64,000 nt of DNA. It comes from Pristiophorus japonicus. Taxonomy: Eukaryota. The stretch covers positions 197,904,001 to 197,968,000 of the forward strand of contig NC_091988.1 in assembly GCF_044704955.1 (NCBI RefSeq). Reading direction: 5' to 3'. Shown in pieces: positions 62,611-64,000 of the stretch (the stretch's first letter is position 1; every line of letters starts with the position of its first letter). The position numbers and the translations under genes were made by a program. The notes beneath the pieces were generated by a model that worked only from the letters and a program-made list of their open reading frames with translations, ran no database searches and was not told the origin of the DNA.

Positions 62611-64000
62611 TCGGCCACAGGACAACCCCCCCCACCACCCTTACCTCGGCTGGGGCATTTCCGAATTTGGGCCTCAGTCCCGAGGTTTCCGGATTTTGGA
62701 AGCTCCACCTGTATAGGGGAATCAAGGGATATGGAGATCGGGCGGGAGAGTGGAGTTGAGGTCAAAGATCAAAGATCTTATTGAATGGCGGAGCAGGCTC
62801 GAGGGGCCGAATGGCCTTCTCCTGCTCCTAATTCTGATGTTCTTATTCATCTCAATTACTCCCTGTGGTAGAGAGTTCCACTCCCTGGGTAAAGAAGTTT
62901 CTCCTGAATTCCTATCTTCCCTCGGTGAATCCCAAAAATAGTTCACCCAATGAAAGCTCCCTCTCATCGAAAAAAATAAAAACAAAACCTGCTTTTTTTT
63001 GGGAAACGTTGCTATTTTAACACGGGCACCTCTGCACAAATATTGCCATGTTTAAACTCCCCAAAAACGGCTTTACTCTGAAGATCACAAACTAAAAGTC
63101 TGTCACGGGGTCTGAGATTTCTGACGGTATTAGGACCAGATTAAAACTGCTCTGCCCCTGTTTCAATAAAACCCGCTCCCTTTCCTCACTGGCCCCGCCA
63201 TCATGGCCCTGCTCGAAAACACGTAAATCTCTGCAGCTCTGGAGAAGTGGATAGGCTTTTCCAAGGCATAATTGTAATCCAGTGTGAGTATTCCACTGCA
63301 CTCAACCACTTCCCGTTTATTCCCAATGTATTGAATTCCCAGTCTAAGCATGAAATGCTTCTCAGTTATCTGCTTCTAGCGAAGCTTTGTCCACAAAAAC
63401 ACAGTCACCCCTCTGCCAAGCTTAACGTGGAGTCCATGGCATGACATAGAAAGGCTGAACGGCTTTAGTCTGGAGCCTCGCGCTCTGTTAGTTTTGTTTA
63501 AACTGGATCTCTGAATGAACTATTAAGTGGGACAGGGCATTAAGGTTTGCACCTCAGGATGGGAGCAGCCCTGATCCAGGACTAGCCCAGTCCAAGCGTA
63601 GCATTTCCTGGCAAAGCAGCCCTGCTTTAGTCAGGACTGGGCTGTGTGTGGATCGGTCCCGCAGAGACCGGGCAGAGGGATGGAACAGAAAGGAGCAGTG
63701 TGGATCCCCAGTCGGAGACGCACCTGGTGGATGAGCAGTTTTTATCCGTTGCTTCCCCCCCCCCCCCCACCCACGCTCTCACTCCCTGCCCACCGACCCA
63801 TCGGCCTGTGGCAAACGAGCAGAATTAGGCTGTACAAAGGGACGAGTACATTCTCGAACTGCGGACGGCAGATTGCGTCCCCCAGGAAATGATGCAGTGC
63901 CGGTTTGTACTGTGGAGCCGTGCAGGTCGGTGATGTTTGCAGCCGCTCCTTGGACGAGTGAACGGAGAGTTTCGTGGGGCCTCCGACTTGTGCCTTGGGA

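Larger units (their letters stand above)
57074..62711. mobile_element. Tc1/mariner (Tigger/pogo-like) non-autonomous element hosting Gypsy-2 and a tandem array
   Basis: TIRs caggttgagcatctgaaatccgga / tccggattttggaagctccacctg flanked by TA on both sides; TIR resembles the Tigger4/Zombi type (recalled). Confidence 0.8.
56836..62850 (+). mobile_element. CR1 3' fragment split by a Tigger-like MITE (pieces 56836-57073 and 62712-62850)
   Basis: gatttttggagta|taggggaatcaagggatatgg rejoins as CR1 (compare 55480-55512). Confidence 0.85.

Noticed and set aside
61725-62765. RGG/SR-rich and proline-rich ORFs
   Set aside because: Artefacts of the C-rich tandem array inside a MITE.
62850-64000. RBPJL exon 5
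   Set aside because: No frame resembling the expected CGYMG(L/I) segment; it probably lies beyond the window.

Overview
Eukaryotic, repeat-dominated vertebrate DNA. The SacSINE1-like DeuSINEs plus abundant CR1, L2, RTE and Penelope copies point to a cartilaginous fish, most likely a shark (inference). The one host gene I can identify is RBPJL (CSL/Su(H) family) on the + strand: a probable exon 2 (36188/36191-36362), exon 3 (49065-49190) and exon 4 (55692-55762) splice in phase. Its start exon is unresolved and later exons appear to lie beyond the window. Two full-length but decayed Gypsy LTR retrotransposons, both antisense, flank exon 4. There are also three solo LTRs, Tigger-, Harbinger- and hAT-like MITEs, three minisatellite arrays, a ~0.9 kb tandem duplication and several multi-level nested insertions with readable target-site duplications (TSDs). 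I cannot support a new multi-gene system here. The best leads are a candidate antisense first exon overlapping RBPJL exon 2 (where mammals place MATN4, although no MATN4 coding sequence is visible), a C-to-S change in the CSL CPPPC motif, LTR-borne CTCF motifs, and two templated inverted insertions. Repeat boundaries are approximate unless a TSD or TIR is quoted.
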